Positions 61,313 through 64,000 of a stretch of DNA of 64,000 nt are shown here, in pieces. Under the pieces are notes generated by a model. It made no database searches. It saw nothing but the letters and a program-made list of their open reading frames with translations, and was not told where the DNA came from. The stretch is from positions 6,304,001 through 6,368,000 of the forward strand of contig OY762007.1 in the NCBI GenBank assembly GCA_963665115.1. Direction: 5' to 3'. Source of the stretch: an uncultured Rivularia sp. GTDB lineage: Bacteria; Cyanobacteriota; Cyanobacteriia; Cyanobacteriales; Nostocaceae. Within the stretch, counting starts at the first letter, position 1. Each line of letters opens with the position of its first letter. The position numbers and the translations under genes were made by a program.

Positions 61313-64000
61313 TTAACCAAACGCAAAATTATCTACAATCAAGCTATCCGCACCAATACCTTGTAATATAACTAACTCGGAATTATTTGCAGCAATCAAA
61401 GTATTATCTTCCTGTTGACTAATACTTAAATCATCAAAGCCAATACCCAAGCCAGCGATACCAAGGACATCTTCACCGCTGGCAAAGTCGGTAATAATAT
61501 TCGCCGCTCCAGGAATTTCAGCAGTTGCAATCCAGAATTGGTCTGCACCTTCTCCACCTGTAATGATGTTATCACCACCGCTGATGGCAAAGAATTTATC
61601 ATCACCTGCACCACCGACTATTCTATCTGACATTCCCAGTATTACGGTATCATTACCGCTACCAGCGTAAATACGATTTCCGCCTTCGCTACTGATAGAA
61701 GCATCAATTAAATCATCGGAATTACCAGCGAAAATAATCCCGTTACTACCTTCTACTTCAACTATATCTGCGTCAATTGTTCCTAATTCAGGTAAAGGTG
61801 TTTCTGGTTCGGGAGGATTGGGATTGAACATATCTCCTAAACTAAATTCAACTTGGTAAACGTCGGGTGCAAAACGTTCGCCAAATGTCCAACCGCTACC
61901 GCTTCCGAGGACGAAGGGGTCGTAGAAGTCGTTACCTAAGTTACTAATTCCTGCGTAGTATGTACCGGCTTCTGGTGCGGTAAATTTTAGGTAAGGGGTC
62001 GCCTTCTGCTTGAAATATTTCATCTGCTGCTGCACCTTGGTTATTGATGGCTAATTCGTTACCTTCTGCATCAAAGATACGCAGTACTGAATCAAGAGTC
62101 GAACCAAGTCCCGTATCACCAATACCGTTGGCATCGATATCAATTGTAATGGTTTGTCCGCCGTTTAAGTCGAAGGAATAAAAATCAACGTCTTCTGATG
62201 CATCTACTGTGTCTTCTCCCCCGAAGCGTTGAGCAATTTCTCCTTCGATTGTGACGGAAAGATTATCGAAAGCTGGATTTAAACCTAAGTCTACCGCATT
62301 CGGAATAGTATCGTTATTGTTAGTACGTCCGTCGTTATCGGTGGGTGCTTCTGGAAATCCTTCCGGTAATCCTCCTTGTTCTTCTGGTTCGATAACTACG
62401 GAATCGGGGCTTTCACCATCAAATTCTGTAAATGTCTCTACTATAGGAGCATCTGGGTTAACTTCTACTGATAAATTATACTCACCTGCACCTATACCAA
62501 ATCTAGGTAAAGTTACACCATCTCCCGAAGCTGGCACGTTGGGGTCGTAATTTTCATTAAATGCTTGGGATACGCCGATGTAGTAAGTTCCGGCATCTTC
62601 GACGGTATAATCGATGTAGGCATCTCGACCAGATTCTAACGATTCTCCGGGTGCTGAACCTTCAGCGTTATAAACTAATTCTTCCCCTGCTGCATTAAAT
62701 AATCGTAAATCCGCACCCGCTTCTAGAGTTTCACCTGCGGAATTTTCAAAGGGAATTGAATCAATATCAAATGTAACTCTATCCCCTGCTGATAATTCTA
62801 AGGAGTAAATATCAACGTCTTCGGTTAAATCGGTTCTTTGAGATAATTCGGAATCGAAGAAGTTACCGGAGATTTCCCCGTTGATGGAAACGACTTCGGT
62901 TTCGGGGGTTATATTTGTAGCTGTTGCGGTGGCTATTGTATCGTTAAATGATTCTTCGGTAACAATTACCGGAGCATCGCTAACGGTGTCGTAAATATCA
63001 AAACTGGATTGATTGGCTTCAGAATCTAAACTAATTTGATAACCAGCATCTTCTCCAGGTTCAACTAAGGTAAAGACAGCGGTTTCTAAACCTTCTATCA
63101 TACCATCATTACTTACCGGAAGATTAACTGTAGCAGTTTGTTCGGTAACTAAAATATTAACTGTACCATCATCACCAATACTGACGATATTACCACCAGT
63201 TACATCCAATTCTGAAGCATCGAAATCGCTAAGATTTTCCGAATTAATTGCGACGGTAATTCCTTCTTCTGGTGGTGGAGCGCTGAGGTTTAAGGTAAAT
63301 ACAGCCGTAGTTGCCGATGATTCGATTAAAATTTCGGATTCGGTTGTTAAGCTAACCTGAATTTGAGCATCTGCATCATCTGCGATACTAAAGTTAACTG
63401 CTGCATCGCTGTCAATGTTGTAACCAACCTGCTGTTGTAAGGTAAAAGTAAATTCTTCAATTCCTTCCCCAGTCTCGGAATCTAAATTATCATTTCTCGG
63501 AGTCAAAGTAATACTAGCTTCCGGCTCGGTAATCTTGAAAAAGAAACCGCTACTATCACCATTCGTAACCGGGAAAACTCCACCTTCAATATCAGCGTTT
63601 AATATGTCAAACTCACCCAAACCAAATCGGACATCGCTATCAACTAAAACTATTACACCTTCGGGGGGAATTTCTCCATCTACATTAAAGCTGATGGTAG
63701 TTTCGGTTTCTCCTTCAATCAAAGAGTTTTCGCTAATGCTTATTCCTACTGTTGGTGTTGATTCCGAGGTAGGAACTTGGTCTAAAGTATCATAAATTGT
63801 CACCGCAGAAGCAGCATTAGTATCGCTAACCGTATAACTTTCACTTGGTTCTACAAATAAGTTAAAATCTTGTACCCCTTCTCCCAAACCAACATTAGAA
63901 AAGTTAACGATCGCATTGGGATTGAGTAACTTTACCTGAAAACCCGTAGCGACTCCCGCATCATTATAAATTGCGCTGACAAATTCTCCACCGAAAACAA
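61313..64000 (-). CDS. Large acidic secreted protein, paralog of 12472-16453; 5' end outside window; +1 frameshift at 61995-61998
   Basis: Frame is open to 64000 (VFGGEFVSAIYNDAGVATGF...); PPC-like DVDIYSLEL and DVDFYSFDL...DPYLKFTAPEAGTYYAGIS; same RTX-like C-terminus. Confidence 0.8.

Overview
AT-rich DNA from a filamentous cyanobacterium (frequent HIP1 GCGATCGC octamers, STRR heptamer tracts; Nostocales/Rivulariaceae-like by inference). Most of the window is one hybrid NRPS-PKS gene cluster on the minus strand that continues beyond the right edge. Inferred assembly line: [upstream E-ending module outside window] -> DCL-A(Gly)-T -> KS-AT(malonyl)-KR-ACP -> C-A(Ala)-T-Cy-A(Cys)/Ox-T -> C-A(Gly)-T-C-A(Ala)-T-E -> DCL-A(Ser)-T -> C-A(aromatic)-T -> a stand-alone fusion of a CmlA-type diiron beta-hydroxylase, a TubC_N domain and a thioester reductase. 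A downstream tailoring operon encodes a SAM methyltransferase, a class III aminotransferase, MbtH, a small SfmD-like heme protein with an H-x38-H-xxx-C motif, an MFS transporter, a membrane-anchored tyrosinase and a type II thioesterase, followed by a DevB/DevC exporter. This enzyme set matches the chemistry proposed for the catechol-quinolinium (Dmaq) end of anachelin, but the backbone differs from anachelin (thiazole, Gly, D-Ala). Fur-box-like sites lie upstream of the operons, so a probably undescribed siderophore is predicted. Four acidic secreted proteins are interspersed. Three share an RTX-like C-terminus, and one of these carries two serine beta-lactamase/S12 domains inserted inside its repeat modules. 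Small mobile repeats are dense, including many in-frame insertions inside NRPS domains. Ten genes breaks are all +1 homopolymer insertions and are most likely sequencing errors.
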